Shown: positions 26,733 through 37,877, numbered from the stretch's first letter. The stretch: DNA of 64,000 nt from Candidatus Multivoradales bacterium (GCA_965248925.1 CBDFLE010000005.1:288001-352000); one strand, 5' to 3'. The notes: generated by a model from the letters alone, not told the origin. A program made the numbers and translations.

Positions 26733-28328
26733 CTAGGTTCCGACCCTGCCTAGATTCCGCAGCCGCTGCAAGTGAGCAAGAATCTGGCGCTCGGCGATCG
26801 GCTGGACCTGTGGCGGGATATCTTGGTAGACGGCCGCCACCATCTCGGCCGGTGTTTTCAGGCCGCCTTGGTAGGCAGCCAGCACTTGGGCTTCGCGCTC
26901 TAGGCGGTGTCGGTGGAGCTTCTCCAAGTGTTCTGTGGCGGGAGTCAGGAGGGGGCCGTGGGCGGGGAAGAGGCAGCTTGGCTCAACTGCGAGCACCTTT
27001 TCTAGGGATCCCAGGTAGGCGTCCATGTCGCCCTCAGGCGGGTCAATGACGATGGTGCTGAGGCCGGCCACCAGGTCGCCGGCAATCAGCGAACCGTAGG
27101 TCGGGTCGTGGAAGGCGAGATGGCCGCGGGTGTGGCCGGGGGTGTGCAACACCCGCACCGGGAAAGGGCGATGGACTGAGCCGAGCTGGTGGATCTCGCC
27201 GTCAGCAAGTTCGCCGTCCAATTCGATTCCGGCGCTGAGCAGCGCTGCTCTGCTCAGCGAGTGAGCGAGGACTGGCACCCTGAGATGACGGCGAATTTCC
27301 TCGACCGCGCCGATGTGGTCGGCATGATGGTGGGTGAGCCAGATGGCGCGAACTCGGCGACCCCGCTGCTGCGCCGCGGTGAGGGCCGACAAGAGACGGT
27401 TGATCTCTTCGGGAAAAGGCGAAGCCGGATCTACCAGCACTGCTTGGTCGTAGCCCAGCAGAAAGGCGTTGGTGTGGGTGGCTGGGGGCAGGGTGGGGGT
27501 ACGCAGGGGTAGCAGCAGGACGCCGGGACGGAACTCAATCTGGCGCATTTGGCCGAGAAAAGTCTCGCGAGTGTCGACCAAACGGCGCAAGCCTCTATTG
27601 GGGCCGTCTTCGTGCAGCACTTTCAGAATGTGAACGATGGGCGGCGCCGCCAGGACTTCGCCGCTTCGCCAACGGGCCAGGGCGATGGCTGGTTCTATCC
27701 ACTCGCCATGGTCGAGTTCGCCGGGCTGAATTGTGGGTTGCGTGGTTTCGCTGGCCGGCCATTCGAGGAGGAAGAAGCGATTGTCGAACCTCATTGGCGC
27801 TAGCGGGGGAGTCAACCAACGGCCGGCAAAGGACAGTCGGGAGGCGTCGGGCAGGATGCTGCTAGCCGCTGCCAGCTCAGCAAAATCGCCTGCCGCCAGC
27901 AGCTGCTGGCGCAGGCACTCGAGGTCGGCAGGATCTCCTTGAGCGAGAGGTAGGAGGCCAGTTTCTTCAACCAGCTCGCGCAGAGCAGCGGCCACTAGAC
28001 CGGGAATCAGATCAGTACCGATCGCTTCTCGGGTGGCGGTGTCCATGCCGGCCATTGCCGGGCTGGTCTGAGTCGCGCTGAGGCCGTGGGCGGAGCCAGC
28101 GATCTCGACGCCGGCGTCTGAGCGATCCAAGCTGCCACCGGGGAAGGCGTGCCAGCCGGCCATGAATCGCAGCCGTGGCGAGCGTCGTACCCAGTAGACC
28201 TCGAGGCGACCGGCGGTGCGCCGCCAAGGCACCACGGCGGCCGAGGGGCGGGGTGGTCGCGGCGGCGTGGCAGGAGCTGCCAAACCTGACAGGATCTGCT
28301 CGTAGAGACTTTGCTGCGGCTCGCTCAT
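26733..28328 (-). CDS. NUDIX plus metallo-beta-lactamase-fold fusion protein
   Basis: FPGG..AALRELVEETG Nudix box; THHHADHIG, TPGH, AGD, PAHG. Confidence 0.88.
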   Translation of the reverse strand: MSEPQQSLYEQILSGLAAPATPPRPPRPSAAVVPWRRTAGRLEVYWVRRSPRLRFMAGWHAFPGGSLDRSDAGVEIAGSAHGLSATQTSPAMAGMDTATREAIGTDLIPGLVAAALRELVEETGLLPLAQGDPADLECLRQQLLAAGDFAELAAASSILPDASRLSFAGRWLTPPLAPMRFDNRFFLLEWPASETTQPTIQPGELDHGEWIEPAIALARWRSGEVLAAPPIVHILKVLHEDGPNRGLRRLVDTRETFLGQMRQIEFRPGVLLLPLRTPTLPPATHTNAFLLGYDQAVLVDPASPFPEEINRLLSALTAAQQRGRRVRAIWLTHHHADHIGAVEEIRRHLRVPVLAHSLSRAALLSAGIELDGELADGEIHQLGSVHRPFPVRVLHTPGHTRGHLAFHDPTYGSLIAGDLVAGLSTIVIDPPEGDMDAYLGSLEKVLAVEPSCLFPAHGPLLTPATEHLEKLHRHRLEREAQVLAAYQGGLKTPAEMVAAVYQDIPPQVQPIAERQILAHLQRLRNLGRVGT

Positions 28329-28465
28329 GAGGGTCTTATAGCAGGATCGGGGCGCTGGTTGAAAGGGAACTCTGGCTGCTGCGTGCTGCTAGTCGCGTGG
28401 GCTGGTTGTGAGACTATGAGGCGTCTATCGAGGTCGCTGCCACTCTCTGGCTGAGAACTCTACCG

Positions 28466-29695
28466 ATGAAACGCAAGCTTGGCACTCTCGCCCTTCTATA
28501 CATCGTTCAGGGGCTTCCCTTTGGTTTTCAAGTCACCGCTCTGCCGATCTACTTGCGGCAGCAGGGGGTGTCGCTGGCCGGTATCGGACTGGCCAGTCTG
28601 CTGTCGCTGCCGTGGATGATCAAAGTTTTCTGGGGGCCGGCGGTAGACCGCTTCGGCTCGCGCAAGTTCGGCCGCCGACGGTCTTGGATTCTGCCGTTGC
28701 AAGCGGCGCTGGCGGTGAGTTGCCTAATTGCCGCGTCAGTCTTGCCCGGCGGCGAGCTATCGCTGCTGGTCGGCGTGGTGCTGTTGATGAACCTCTTCGC
28801 CTCGACCATGGATGTAGCGGTCGATGGCCTGGCGGTCGACATGCTGCAAGCGCACGAGCTGGGCTATGGCAACATCGCTCAGGTAGTTGGCTTCAAACTT
28901 GGCATGTTGACCGGTGGCGGTTTGCTGGTCTGGGCGAGCGGTTGGATCGGTTGGCGCGGTTTGTTTTTCTCCATGGCGGCTTTGATCGCGTTGGCGATGG
29001 TCTTTACTTGGAGGTTCAATGAGCAGTCGGTGGTCAGCGAACCGGTCGCCGAGAGGCCGACCATGGGTGAAATTCTGCGCAGCCTGCTGGCCACCTTTCG
29101 CCTGCCCGGAGCCTATTGGCTGCTGCTCTTTGTCGCCACCTACAAGCTTGGTGAGTCGATGGCCGACGCGATGTTTCGGCCTTTTCTCTACGATGCCGGA
29201 TTCCAGCCGCAGCAGCTCGGATTCTGGCTTGGAACTTGGGGATTGGGCTTCTCTCTAGCAGGTTCACTTCTCGGCGGCGTGCTGGCCAGCCGGATACGTA
29301 TTCTGTGGGCGGTGGGTTGGCTGGCGCTGTTGCGGGCTCTGGCGGTGGGTGGTGAGTTTTGGCTGTCGTTGGTCGACCCGACCAGTGGGAGGGTGGCGAC
29401 GGTGATCGCCGTCGAAAATCTATTTGGTGGCGCGCTGACCCCAGCACTTTTCGCCTACATGATGTCGCGGGTCGATCGACGGATCGGTGCTACCCACTTC
29501 ACCTTGCTGGCGACCGTCGAGGTGTCTGGCAAGCTGGCTGCCGGCACGATGTCAGGCTTCCTGGCCGAGCGATTGGGTTACACCTCGCTGTTCTTGATTG
29601 CGACCCTGCTGGCGCTCATGTTTCTTGCTCTTCTGTGGCCTATGTGGCGGGCTGAAGAACGACTCAGAAGGTCGGCCGAGGTCTTTGTGCGCTAG
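28466..29695 (+). CDS. MFS transporter, AmpG/RhtX/FptX family
   Basis: [42 protein letters not shown]. Confidence 0.88.
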   Translation: MKRKLGTLALLYIVQGLPFGFQVTALPIYLRQQGVSLAGIGLASLLSLPWMIKVFWGPAVDRFGSRKFGRRRSWILPLQAALAVSCLIAASVLPGGELSLLVGVVLLMNLFASTMDVAVDGLAVDMLQAHELGYGNIAQVVGFKLGMLTGGGLLVWASGWIGWRGLFFSMAALIALAMVFTWRFNEQSVVSEPVAERPTMGEILRSLLATFRLPGAYWLLLFVATYKLGESMADAMFRPFLYDAGFQPQQLGFWLGTWGLGFSLAGSLLGGVLASRIRILWAVGWLALLRALAVGGEFWLSLVDPTSGRVATVIAVENLFGGALTPALFAYMMSRVDRRIGATHFTLLATVEVSGKLAAGTMSGFLAERLGYTSLFLIATLLALMFLALLWPMWRAEERLRRSAEVFVR

Positions 29696-29747
29696 AATCA
29701 AAGACTGGAAACGCTGAATTCAATAGGCGACTCAAACGACGGACAAG

Positions 29748-31043
29748 ATGGAATCTCTACCCCCCAACAAGGATCGTCGCTCTGCGACTCGCGCTGCCCT
29801 GGGCCGGCCGATTCGGCTGCAGTTCGACGATTCTCTGGAATCCGATCAGGGCACCTGCGAGAACCTGTCGACCGGTGGCATTTTCGTCGCCTGTACGGCG
29901 CTGCGACCGGCCGGTAGCCTGGTGCGTTTCGAAGTCCGTCTGGACGAAGAACAGCGGATTCGCGGCCTCGGTGAAGTGGCGTGGAATCGCGGCGAGGGAC
30001 GGGGGCCTGCCGGCATGGGGATTAGTTTTCGCTTTCTCGAGCAGAACGATCGGCAAAAAATCCTCAAATTGCTCAGCGAGGAGATCAAGCGGCGGCTTGA
30101 GAACCAGTCGTTGGTGGCCGATCAGGAAGCTCCGCTCGGCCAATCATCGCCGGTGAGCGGAAGCCGGTCAGTAGGGGAACGGTTGGCGGCCCAGCCGCGG
30201 CCCAGCTCGCTTAGCAGGGAGGCTGAGGAGGTCGAAATCGATGCGGCGCTCGACGAACTTGGGGTCGCTGAGAGCGACCCGCGGCTGGCCGACGCAGAGC
30301 GGCCAGAAACCTCTTCTGTTCCCCTGCGCCTATCGGCCGAGCCCTTTGATGATCTGTTGGATCAAGCCGACAGCCAAGAGCTTCCCCGGCTCAGTGATTT
30401 GCCGACCGCGCCGCGTTTGTCCAAGATCGACGCGCGGGCGGTGGTTCGAGCGGCGCGGTCCGCTGGTATTCGCCGATGGCCGTTGATTGTTGGGGCGATC
30501 TTGCTGTTGGCGGTGGTGCTTGGTTGGTGGTGGCTGCGAGGTCTGCCAGAGACCGAGGCTGAGGGCCCTCCGGCGGGCGAGCCGGTCGGCCAAGAAGAAT
30601 CAGCTGAGCCTGTTAGCCTGGGGTCGGCGCCGCCGGACCCGAGTGGGCAGCCGCCTCGAAAGACCGAGTCAGTAGAGTCCACGGCAACCGCGATGTCCAA
30701 CTTCAGCAAGTTGCTGGATATTTCCTGGCAGCCGACCGGCGATGGTGGATTGCGCGTCGTGTTGCAGGGCGATGGAGAGATTTCCCGGGGTCGGACTCGT
30801 CGCTTTCACATGGTCGGCCTAGAGCCCCGAGAGGGAGTTGTCCTGCGGGGAGTACGGCAGCGCTTCAAACGCGAGACGATGAAGGTCGGCGGGCCGCGAG
30901 TGGCGCGGATTCGCACCGGTTTCCATCGCCGGTCGGGCGACGATGAGCTGCATGTGATCTTCGACTTGCTAGATGCCAGAGGACCACGCCCGCGATTGAA
31001 TTTCGACGGAGCCCAGCTGGAAGTCCTGTTCCCGGCGAGTTGA
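29748..31043 (+). CDS. PilZ-domain bitopic membrane protein with an AMIN-like C-terminal domain
   Basis: RRSATR (RxxxR) and NLSTGG (NxSxxG); low-complexity linker; TM WPLIVGAILLLAVVLGWWWL; RIRTGFH...LHVIFDL. Confidence 0.75.
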   Translation: MESLPPNKDRRSATRAALGRPIRLQFDDSLESDQGTCENLSTGGIFVACTALRPAGSLVRFEVRLDEEQRIRGLGEVAWNRGEGRGPAGMGISFRFLEQNDRQKILKLLSEEIKRRLENQSLVADQEAPLGQSSPVSGSRSVGERLAAQPRPSSLSREAEEVEIDAALDELGVAESDPRLADAERPETSSVPLRLSAEPFDDLLDQADSQELPRLSDLPTAPRLSKIDARAVVRAARSAGIRRWPLIVGAILLLAVVLGWWWLRGLPETEAEGPPAGEPVGQEESAEPVSLGSAPPDPSGQPPRKTESVESTATAMSNFSKLLDISWQPTGDGGLRVVLQGDGEISRGRTRRFHMVGLEPREGVVLRGVRQRFKRETMKVGGPRVARIRTGFHRRSGDDELHVIFDLLDARGPRPRLNFDGAQLEVLFPAS

Positions 31044-31111
31044 CCAGCCAGCGTTGGGAAAGGCCGCGGGTCCGGCGCCTACCGCTAGACCCGCTTTCCC
31101 AAGAGGGAGCT

Positions 31112-32356
31112 CTAGGCCAGGACCGTGGCCGGCTCCAAGCCGCGCACTCCGGTCCCCATCAGCACCGGTTCGATACGCGCCAAGGCCCAATCTAGCTCGT
31201 TCCGTTGAATGACCAAAGGCGGTGCGATACGAATCACGTTGTCGTGGGTCTCCTTGCACAGCACCCCCAACTCCTGCAAGGTCTCGCAGAAGCGCCGGGC
31301 GCCCCCCGCCTGGTCGGTGAGTTCGATGCCAATCCACAAACCACGCCCGCGGACTTCGCGGATGTAAGGCGAATCGAGATTGCGCAGGCGATCGATGGCG
31401 TAGCGGCCCAGTTCGGCCGAATTCTCGACCAGGCTTTCATCGACCAAGACTCGCAAAGCTGCCCCAGCCACCGCCGCTGCCACCGGATTGCCGCCGTAGG
31501 TCGAGCCATGGTCGCCGGGTTGGAATACATCCATCACCACGTCATCCGCGAGAATCGCCGACACTGGGTAGAGTCCGCCGGAAAGAGCCTTGCCGATGAT
31601 CACCACGTCGGGGCGGATATCTTCGTGCTGGTAGGCGAAGAGCTTGCCGGTACGGCCGAGGCCCGATTGGATCTCGTCGGCCATCAGTAACGAATTGTGC
31701 TGCTCGGTGAGCTGGCGCAAATGGCGCAGGTAGCCGTCCGGTGGCACGATGATGCCACCTTCACCCTGGATCGGCTCGAACAACACAGCGGCCACGTTGC
31801 TGTGCATGGCCTCGGTGATGGCGTCGAAATCACCGAAGGGTAAGATCCTGAAGCCTGGGGTGAATGGGCCAAAGCCGTCCTTGTACTGGTCATCGGAGGA
31901 GAAGCCGACGATGGTCGTGGTGCGGCCGTGGAAGTTATTCTCGAACACCAGGATCTCGGCCTCACCCTCTGGGGTGCCCTTGACCTTGTAGGCCCATTTG
32001 CGAGCCGCTTTGATGGCGGTCTCCACGGCCTCGGCGCCGGTGTTCATCGGCAGGGATTTCTGAAAGCCGGTGAGTTCGCTGAGCATCTTGTAAAAAGGGC
32101 CCAGCTTGTCGTTGCGGAAAGCGCGCGACGTCAAGGTCAGGCGTGGCGCTTGTTCGACCAATGCTTGGACCAGCTTGGGGTGGCAGTGGCCCTGATTGAC
32201 CGCGGAATAGGCGGCCAGCATGTCGAGGTACTTCTTGCCTTCGACATCCCAGACCCAGATCCCCTCGGCACGCTCAATAACGACATTGAGGGGATGGTAG
32301 TTGTGGGCGCCGTAGGCATCTTCCAGGGCGATGAAATCGGCGGTCTTCATGCTCAA
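31112..32356 (-). CDS. rocD: Ornithine--oxo-acid transaminase
   Basis: GAHNYHPL, YSAVNQGH, NTGAEA, FHGRT, EPIQGEGG, DEIQSGLGRTG, GKALSGG. Confidence 0.95.
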   Translation of the reverse strand: MSMKTADFIALEDAYGAHNYHPLNVVIERAEGIWVWDVEGKKYLDMLAAYSAVNQGHCHPKLVQALVEQAPRLTLTSRAFRNDKLGPFYKMLSELTGFQKSLPMNTGAEAVETAIKAARKWAYKVKGTPEGEAEILVFENNFHGRTTTIVGFSSDDQYKDGFGPFTPGFRILPFGDFDAITEAMHSNVAAVLFEPIQGEGGIIVPPDGYLRHLRQLTEQHNSLLMADEIQSGLGRTGKLFAYQHEDIRPDVVIIGKALSGGLYPVSAILADDVVMDVFQPGDHGSTYGGNPVAAAVAGAALRVLVDESLVENSAELGRYAIDRLRNLDSPYIREVRGRGLWIGIELTDQAGGARRFCETLQELGVLCKETHDNVIRIAPPLVIQRNELDWALARIEPVLMGTGVRGLEPATVLA

Positions 32357-32490
32357 TCCTCCATCGAACGATGCTGCTGCAAGCCGGTGGGCGGGATGCT
32401 CAGACGGCGGTCGCCGGGACGGCGGTTAGTGCTCTGCCGCTTCTACCACAGATTGTCGGGGAAGAGAATCGCTGCGCTGACTCTGAGGGC

Positions 32491-34344
32491 TCAGATGTAG
32501 CCTAGGGCCCGCAGGCGGTCGAGAGTCTCATCGATGCCCTGGAGTTCAGCGGCGGGCCGCCCCGGGTCGTGCCAGGCGATGGCGCCACGCTCGGGGAGGG
32601 TCATTGGGGCTTGCTGGAGGGCGGCAACAGCCGAATCGATGAGGATGATTTGCTGCGACTCGCGGGCGGGCAGTAGGAGCAGAGTGCCCGCGCCCGGCCC
32701 GCTGATGCTGAATCGCAGCTGGCCACCGACTTGGGGCTCAGCGACATAGTTTGCCGGCTCGCCCCAGATCAAGGTGGCTGCCAAATCGACTCCAGAGACG
32801 GTGAAAGCTAGATCGGTTTCGGCGACAAACAGAAAGAGCCCACGGCGAAGGCCCCTGAATTGGCCAGCGAGGGCGCGCAGACTGGCACGGAGGTCGTCTG
32901 CGGACGGTGGGTCGATGCCGGGCAGCGTTTCGATCAACCGCCGCGGGTGGTGTTGAGCCAGCCACTCGGCCACCGGATCCTGGTGGACCGGTAGATCTTC
33001 TGCCGCTGCCTTGGGTTGTTCAAAACGCTGGGCGAACCAGGTAATCCGGCGCCCGGCCTGCAAAGCGGCCCAGCGTGGCGGACCATGGACGAAGCTCTCG
33101 TTGGTGACCAGGCGACTCGGGCGGTCAAAAAGACCGCGGTCGCCAGCGACCAGGAAGCTCTTAAGCTGGGTCTGCGATACCGGCGAGGTAATTTCAGCGG
33201 CCTCGATGCCGGTACCTTGGATCCACAGCGGCACTCGGACTACTTCATCCCACAACCCCGGACCGTGGCCGAAGCCACCGTGGTCGAGCAGTTCTTCTCC
33301 GTGGTCGGCGGTGAAGACCATCAATTCAAGGGGGCCGAGGTGTTGCAGCAAGATGTCGAGTTGTTGGCTCAAGTAGCGCGCCTCGCTGGCATAGGCGTCG
33401 CGCATTGCCGACAACTCCGCCGGCAACGGTGGGATGCTGCCCGTGGTGCGAGCCTGTACTACCTCGCCGGTCTGGTGCAGGCGATAGGGGGCGTGGGTCT
33501 CCATGTATTGCAAATAGAGAAACAAATCGAGGTCGGGGAACCACTCCGCGGCCTGAAGTGCCTGGCGATTGACCCAAGTTGCATCGGTGAGTTCAGCCCC
33601 CAGTGTTGTACTGGCATCGGGAGCGATAAACAAGCCGAATCCTTGGGCATAGCCATTTTCGTAGCTGACCGTTGGATTGGCCACCACCGCGATCGGTAGT
33701 TGGCCCTTCGCCGCCAGACCCTCGGCCAACGTGTCGAGGGCGTTGGGTAGGGAGATCAAGGTGCCTTTGGGTGCCCGCAGCTCCACTGGCGGGCGACCGG
33801 TGAACAGCGCAGCGACCGAAGGCAGAGTCCAGGCGGCGGCGCTGTAGGCCCTAGTAAAGCGCGCACTTTCGCCAAAGCGGGCATCGAGTTCGGGCATGTG
33901 GGCAGCGTTGGCGTGGTCGAAGCGCAGCGTATCGGCGACGATCAGCAGCCGACGTAAACCCCGGCGACGTGGATCGGCCCAGCGGGCCTGCAGCAGTTCG
34001 ACCGGCCGATCGCTAGCCAGAATCAACTCGCTGGCGGAGCCCGCTGGGCACTCGATGGAGGTCGGCTGGTCCAGCTGCCAGCGGTGAGCCGTGCCCGCAC
34101 CAGCCAGGCAACTCAGTTCGGCTCCCTGCGGGCCGGGTACCGCCACCGCACGAAAGACCCCTGGTGCCATCGGCACAGCAACTTCATCGACCAATGTCCA
34201 GCTGCTCGCCCAGCCCAAGCTAAGGCGCTTGGTGGTCTGTTCGCCCGCGAGGAAAGCGCTTCGACTTGGACCGGGGTCGCTGCCGCAGCTGCTGAGAAAA
34301 GAAAGTAGGAGAAACCAGGAGGCGAGCTTGCGATAGATGGCCAT
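32491..34344 (-). CDS. Sulfatase-like (alkaline phosphatase superfamily) lipoprotein
   Basis: LSSC lipobox; ADTLRFDH, WTLPS, HAPY, TADHGEE, HG; C-terminal RLRALGYI. Confidence 0.85.
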   Translation of the reverse strand: MAIYRKLASWFLLLSFLSSCGSDPGPSRSAFLAGEQTTKRLSLGWASSWTLVDEVAVPMAPGVFRAVAVPGPQGAELSCLAGAGTAHRWQLDQPTSIECPAGSASELILASDRPVELLQARWADPRRRGLRRLLIVADTLRFDHANAAHMPELDARFGESARFTRAYSAAAWTLPSVAALFTGRPPVELRAPKGTLISLPNALDTLAEGLAAKGQLPIAVVANPTVSYENGYAQGFGLFIAPDASTTLGAELTDATWVNRQALQAAEWFPDLDLFLYLQYMETHAPYRLHQTGEVVQARTTGSIPPLPAELSAMRDAYASEARYLSQQLDILLQHLGPLELMVFTADHGEELLDHGGFGHGPGLWDEVVRVPLWIQGTGIEAAEITSPVSQTQLKSFLVAGDRGLFDRPSRLVTNESFVHGPPRWAALQAGRRITWFAQRFEQPKAAAEDLPVHQDPVAEWLAQHHPRRLIETLPGIDPPSADDLRASLRALAGQFRGLRRGLFLFVAETDLAFTVSGVDLAATLIWGEPANYVAEPQVGGQLRFSISGPGAGTLLLLPARESQQIILIDSAVAALQQAPMTLPERGAIAWHDPGRPAAELQGIDETLDRLRALGYI

Positions 34345-34568
34345 GGCGCTGAGTCGGTGCTAGGAACGAGCAATTCTGCGTCGATCCGCGAACCGTCTTG
34401 AGGTCGCGGGGCAGTCAGGGTGGTTGGCCGGAGCTGCCGTGGGCCGGCTGAGGATACCACGGCGCTAGCTGCGAGATTACAGTTGGCCAGGGCTTGCCAG
34501 GACTGCCGCAGTAATAAAAAGGACTCTCGACCGCAGCCGAGAGCCCACCGTACACTCAACCCATCAGA

Positions 34569-37500
34569 TCAGTTGCAGATCGAGACGTCGTCGAGGCCAC
34601 CCTCGACCAAGTCGCCGGGGCCGGCGCCGTCGGAGACCTGCATCCGCAACTGGACACTGGAACCAGCCGGGATGGCCGCCGTGGCGGCGGTCCAAGCTGC
34701 CTGGTTACGGACGTCGCCGATCGACACTATGGGGGTGAAAGACGCGCCGCCGTTGGTCGAGAACTCCAGCAGGAAGAAGTCGTCGCCCGGATCGTCGCCG
34801 GTGTCGCGCTGGCCGTGGAAGTAGAAGGCTTCCAAGGTCGACGCATCGGTCACGCTCCACACTGGCGACAGCAGGATGCAGTTGCCGCCATCGACATCGG
34901 CGTTTCCGGCCGAGATGTTGGTGGCGGTGAACACCGCATCGCCATTGCCCAACGTGTTGTCGCCACCGACCTGGGTGACGACGCCGCTATTGGTTTGCTG
35001 ACTCGGCGTGTCGAGTACGAAGGCGCCGCTGGAGCAGGTGCTGCCGGCAGCGTTGGTCCAACCAGCCGCGCCGCTTTCGAAGTCGACTACCACCGAACAG
35101 CCGCCGCCGATCGCGTTGATGGTCACCTGGATCGAATCGCTATTCGATAGGCCGCCGGAGTCGGTCACCGCGGCGGCGATCGTGTGGCTGCCCACCGACA
35201 GGCTCGAAGTCGACACCGAAGCGCCGCTGCCCAAGCTGCCGTCGAGGGACGAACTCCAGGTGATCGAGCCCGAGATGTTGCCATCTTCAGCGTCGGTAGC
35301 GGTGCCGGTGAAGCTCACGTTGGCACCTTGGCTGAAGGACGAGCCGTTGGCCGGGGCGGTGATCGACACCGTCGGAGCAGTGTTGCCACCGCTGCCGTCC
35401 GAGCAGATTGAGAAGTCGTCGATACCACCTTCGACCAAATCGCCGGGGCCAGCTCCGTCAGAAGTCGACACCCGCAAAGTGACGTTGGAACCGGCGGACA
35501 CCGGCACGGTGACCTGGGTCCAGACGGCGTTTGAGGTAACATCGCCGATCGACACTGCCGAGGTGTAGCTTGAGCCGCCGTTGGTGGAGACCTCGACGCT
35601 GAAGAAGTCGCCCGTCGGATCGTCGCCAGCGTCGCGCTGGCCGTGGAAGTAGTAGAAGGTCAAGTCCGAGTTGGTATTGACCGCGAAGACCGGTGAGTCG
35701 ACCACACAGACGCCACCATCGACATCGGCATTGCCGGCCGAGATGTTGACCGCGGTGAACAGCGCATTGCCCGTGCCGCTGGTGTTGTCGCCACCGACCT
35801 GGGTGGTGACGCCACTATTGATGATCTGGGTTGGATTGCCGATCACATAGGTACCGGTCGAGCAGGTGCTCAGTCCGGCATTGTTGACCCAGCCGGCGAA
35901 ACCGTTCTCGAAGTCGGTTTCCACCGTGCAATCACCCCCGCCCACCGTGTTGATGGTGATGGCGACCGAGTCGCTATCGCTCAAGCCGCCGGAGTCGGTG
36001 ACCGCGGCGGTGATGGTGTGGCTACCGGCCGAGAGGCCGGAAGTGGAGAAGGAAGCACCGCTGCCAATGGCTCCATTGATCGACGAAGTCCAGGCCAAGT
36101 TGCCGGCGATGTTGCCATCTTCGGCATCGGTGGCGGTGCCGGCAAAGGTCACCGACGTGCCCTCGTTGAACGCCGAGCCGTTGGCCGGGGCGGTAATGTT
36201 GACGGTCGGTGCGGTATTCGCCGGGGCGCCGCAAGAGGGGAAGCTGAAGCTGCAAACCCGGGTCTTCCAAGCCACCGTTCCAGTGGTCTGGACATACTCG
36301 TTAGTCAACCAGAAGGTGCAGCCATCGACCGGGTCGACGCTGATCGACGAATAGTCGACCCAGCGGTTAGAGCCGAGCTGCGAGCCGGTACCGTCGACGC
36401 AAGCGCTTTCCGTCTGCAGCGAGCCGGCCGCATCCGTGGTCTCGTTGCCGGTGAAGTATATCGACGGGAAGGTCGAATTCGATGAGCGGGTATAGCTCAG
36501 GCCGATGTTGCCGCTGCCGTCCATCGCCACCGAGCCTCCCCAGCGGCTCTCACCATCACCGGGGGCCAAAGTGCCGGTCTGGGCGATCGAGATGCTCACT
36601 GCGCTGTTGATTGCAAATTGCGCCCAACGAATGCCGGCGATATCGCCGCCAGAGTCGACGGTGTGATTGATCACCCCGAAGTGATTGCCACCGATGAAGC
36701 GGTTCTGGAACCGATACATGGTGAACTGACCCAGGGTGTCGAGGTTCTGGGCAGTGCCGGGCTGCTGAATGCAGTCGCGGCTGAAGCCGCAGAGTTCGGC
36801 GTCAAACTCACCGGTGGTGACGTAGCTGGTCTCGGAGAAAGTCGAGGTGTTGAGATTGCCCCAGTTGGTGCAGAACTCCCAGAAGCGGTAGCCGTCCGAG
36901 CCATTGACTACTCCCCAGGTTTCCTCGTCGAGGGCCTGCACGTAGAGAGGGCAAGTGCCGGCAGGAGCCGCTGGGCCCTCGAGGTGTGCCGGTTGGATGC
37001 CGAAAGCAGTCGGGGATCCGGTCGACAGGTTAAAGCGCACGAAGTTAGCGTTGGCGCCGCTCAGCATGGCGTCGCGATCGAAAGCAGTGACCTGCACCCC
37101 GGAGAAACTAGCGCCGAAGTTGTTGGTCATCATGTGGTAGGCGCTCTGGCCGGCGCCGTCGCTCCACAGGCTGATCTTTGGGTAGTCGTTGAACTCACCG
37201 GGGCTGACGGTGAAGTCATAGAGAAAGTAAGGGCCGGCCGGGTTGGAACCCTGGCTGATGGCGAAACATTGGTGGCCATCGGTGTTGCTCGGACTGGTGA
37301 ACTGGCTGAACACCCAGCGGCCGGCGAGATGATCGTAGAGCACGATCGGGTCGCCCGCATTCTGCGAATCGCAGACGCCGCCAAAGCCCTGCCAGAAAAT
37401 ATTGCCGACGAAGGGGCCGCCGGCCACCGAGCCGTTGCTCTTGTTGAAGAACACCCAGCCCAGGTTGACGTACTGGACGTAGAAATTGACCCCGACATCG

Positions 37501-37877
37501 CCGTTGATGTCCGGAGGCGAGATCAGGCCGCCGATCAAGGCGCCGTTGTCGTTGTTGTCATAGCCGTCGAAAGACAGGTTGGCGGAGGGCGCGCGACTGG
37601 CCAAGAAGTCGCTCCTCAGCGGGTCCGTGCTGGTCTCGACTGCGCGGCGGCCGACCAGGAAGGCTGGAATGGTGCGGTTGGGAACTTCATGCTCGAAACC
37701 AAAGGAGGTGGGTTTAGGCACTCGCCGAGCCAGCTCGTCGATAGTCGGCGCGACGCCGAACCGGACTGCCTGGCCGGTGCCGGGGGTGGTGCTGTCGGTA
37801 CTCTGCGCCCACAGCGGGAGGCTCAGCAGTCCAAGGGCCAAGGCGGCGATCAGGAAAAAGTTAGTCTGTCGTTTCAA
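34569..37877 (-). CDS. Large secreted multidomain protein: N-terminal beta-rich domain plus two [Ig-like + MAM/jelly-roll-like] repeats
   Basis: Signal peptide; duplicated NTAPTV.ITAP..ATDAEDG and DFE.G...GDLVEGG.DD modules. Confidence 0.85.
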   Translation of the reverse strand: MKRQTNFFLIAALALGLLSLPLWAQSTDSTTPGTGQAVRFGVAPTIDELARRVPKPTSFGFEHEVPNRTIPAFLVGRRAVETSTDPLRSDFLASRAPSANLSFDGYDNNDNGALIGGLISPPDINGDVGVNFYVQYVNLGWVFFNKSNGSVAGGPFVGNIFWQGFGGVCDSQNAGDPIVLYDHLAGRWVFSQFTSPSNTDGHQCFAISQGSNPAGPYFLYDFTVSPGEFNDYPKISLWSDGAGQSAYHMMTNNFGASFSGVQVTAFDRDAMLSGANANFVRFNLSTGSPTAFGIQPAHLEGPAAPAGTCPLYVQALDEETWGVVNGSDGYRFWEFCTNWGNLNTSTFSETSYVTTGEFDAELCGFSRDCIQQPGTAQNLDTLGQFTMYRFQNRFIGGNHFGVINHTVDSGGDIAGIRWAQFAINSAVSISIAQTGTLAPGDGESRWGGSVAMDGSGNIGLSYTRSSNSTFPSIYFTGNETTDAAGSLQTESACVDGTGSQLGSNRWVDYSSISVDPVDGCTFWLTNEYVQTTGTVAWKTRVCSFSFPSCGAPANTAPTVNITAPANGSAFNEGTSVTFAGTATDAEDGNIAGNLAWTSSINGAIGSGASFSTSGLSAGSHTITAAVTDSGGLSDSDSVAITINTVGGGDCTVETDFENGFAGWVNNAGLSTCSTGTYVIGNPTQIINSGVTTQVGGDNTSGTGNALFTAVNISAGNADVDGGVCVVDSPVFAVNTNSDLTFYYFHGQRDAGDDPTGDFFSVEVSTNGGSSYTSAVSIGDVTSNAVWTQVTVPVSAGSNVTLRVSTSDGAGPGDLVEGGIDDFSICSDGSGGNTAPTVSITAPANGSSFSQGANVSFTGTATDAEDGNISGSITWSSSLDGSLGSGASVSTSSLSVGSHTIAAAVTDSGGLSNSDSIQVTINAIGGGCSVVVDFESGAAGWTNAAGSTCSSGAFVLDTPSQQTNSGVVTQVGGDNTLGNGDAVFTATNISAGNADVDGGNCILLSPVWSVTDASTLEAFYFHGQRDTGDDPGDDFFLLEFSTNGGASFTPIVSIGDVRNQAAWTAATAAIPAGSSVQLRMQVSDGAGPGDLVEGGLDDVSICN

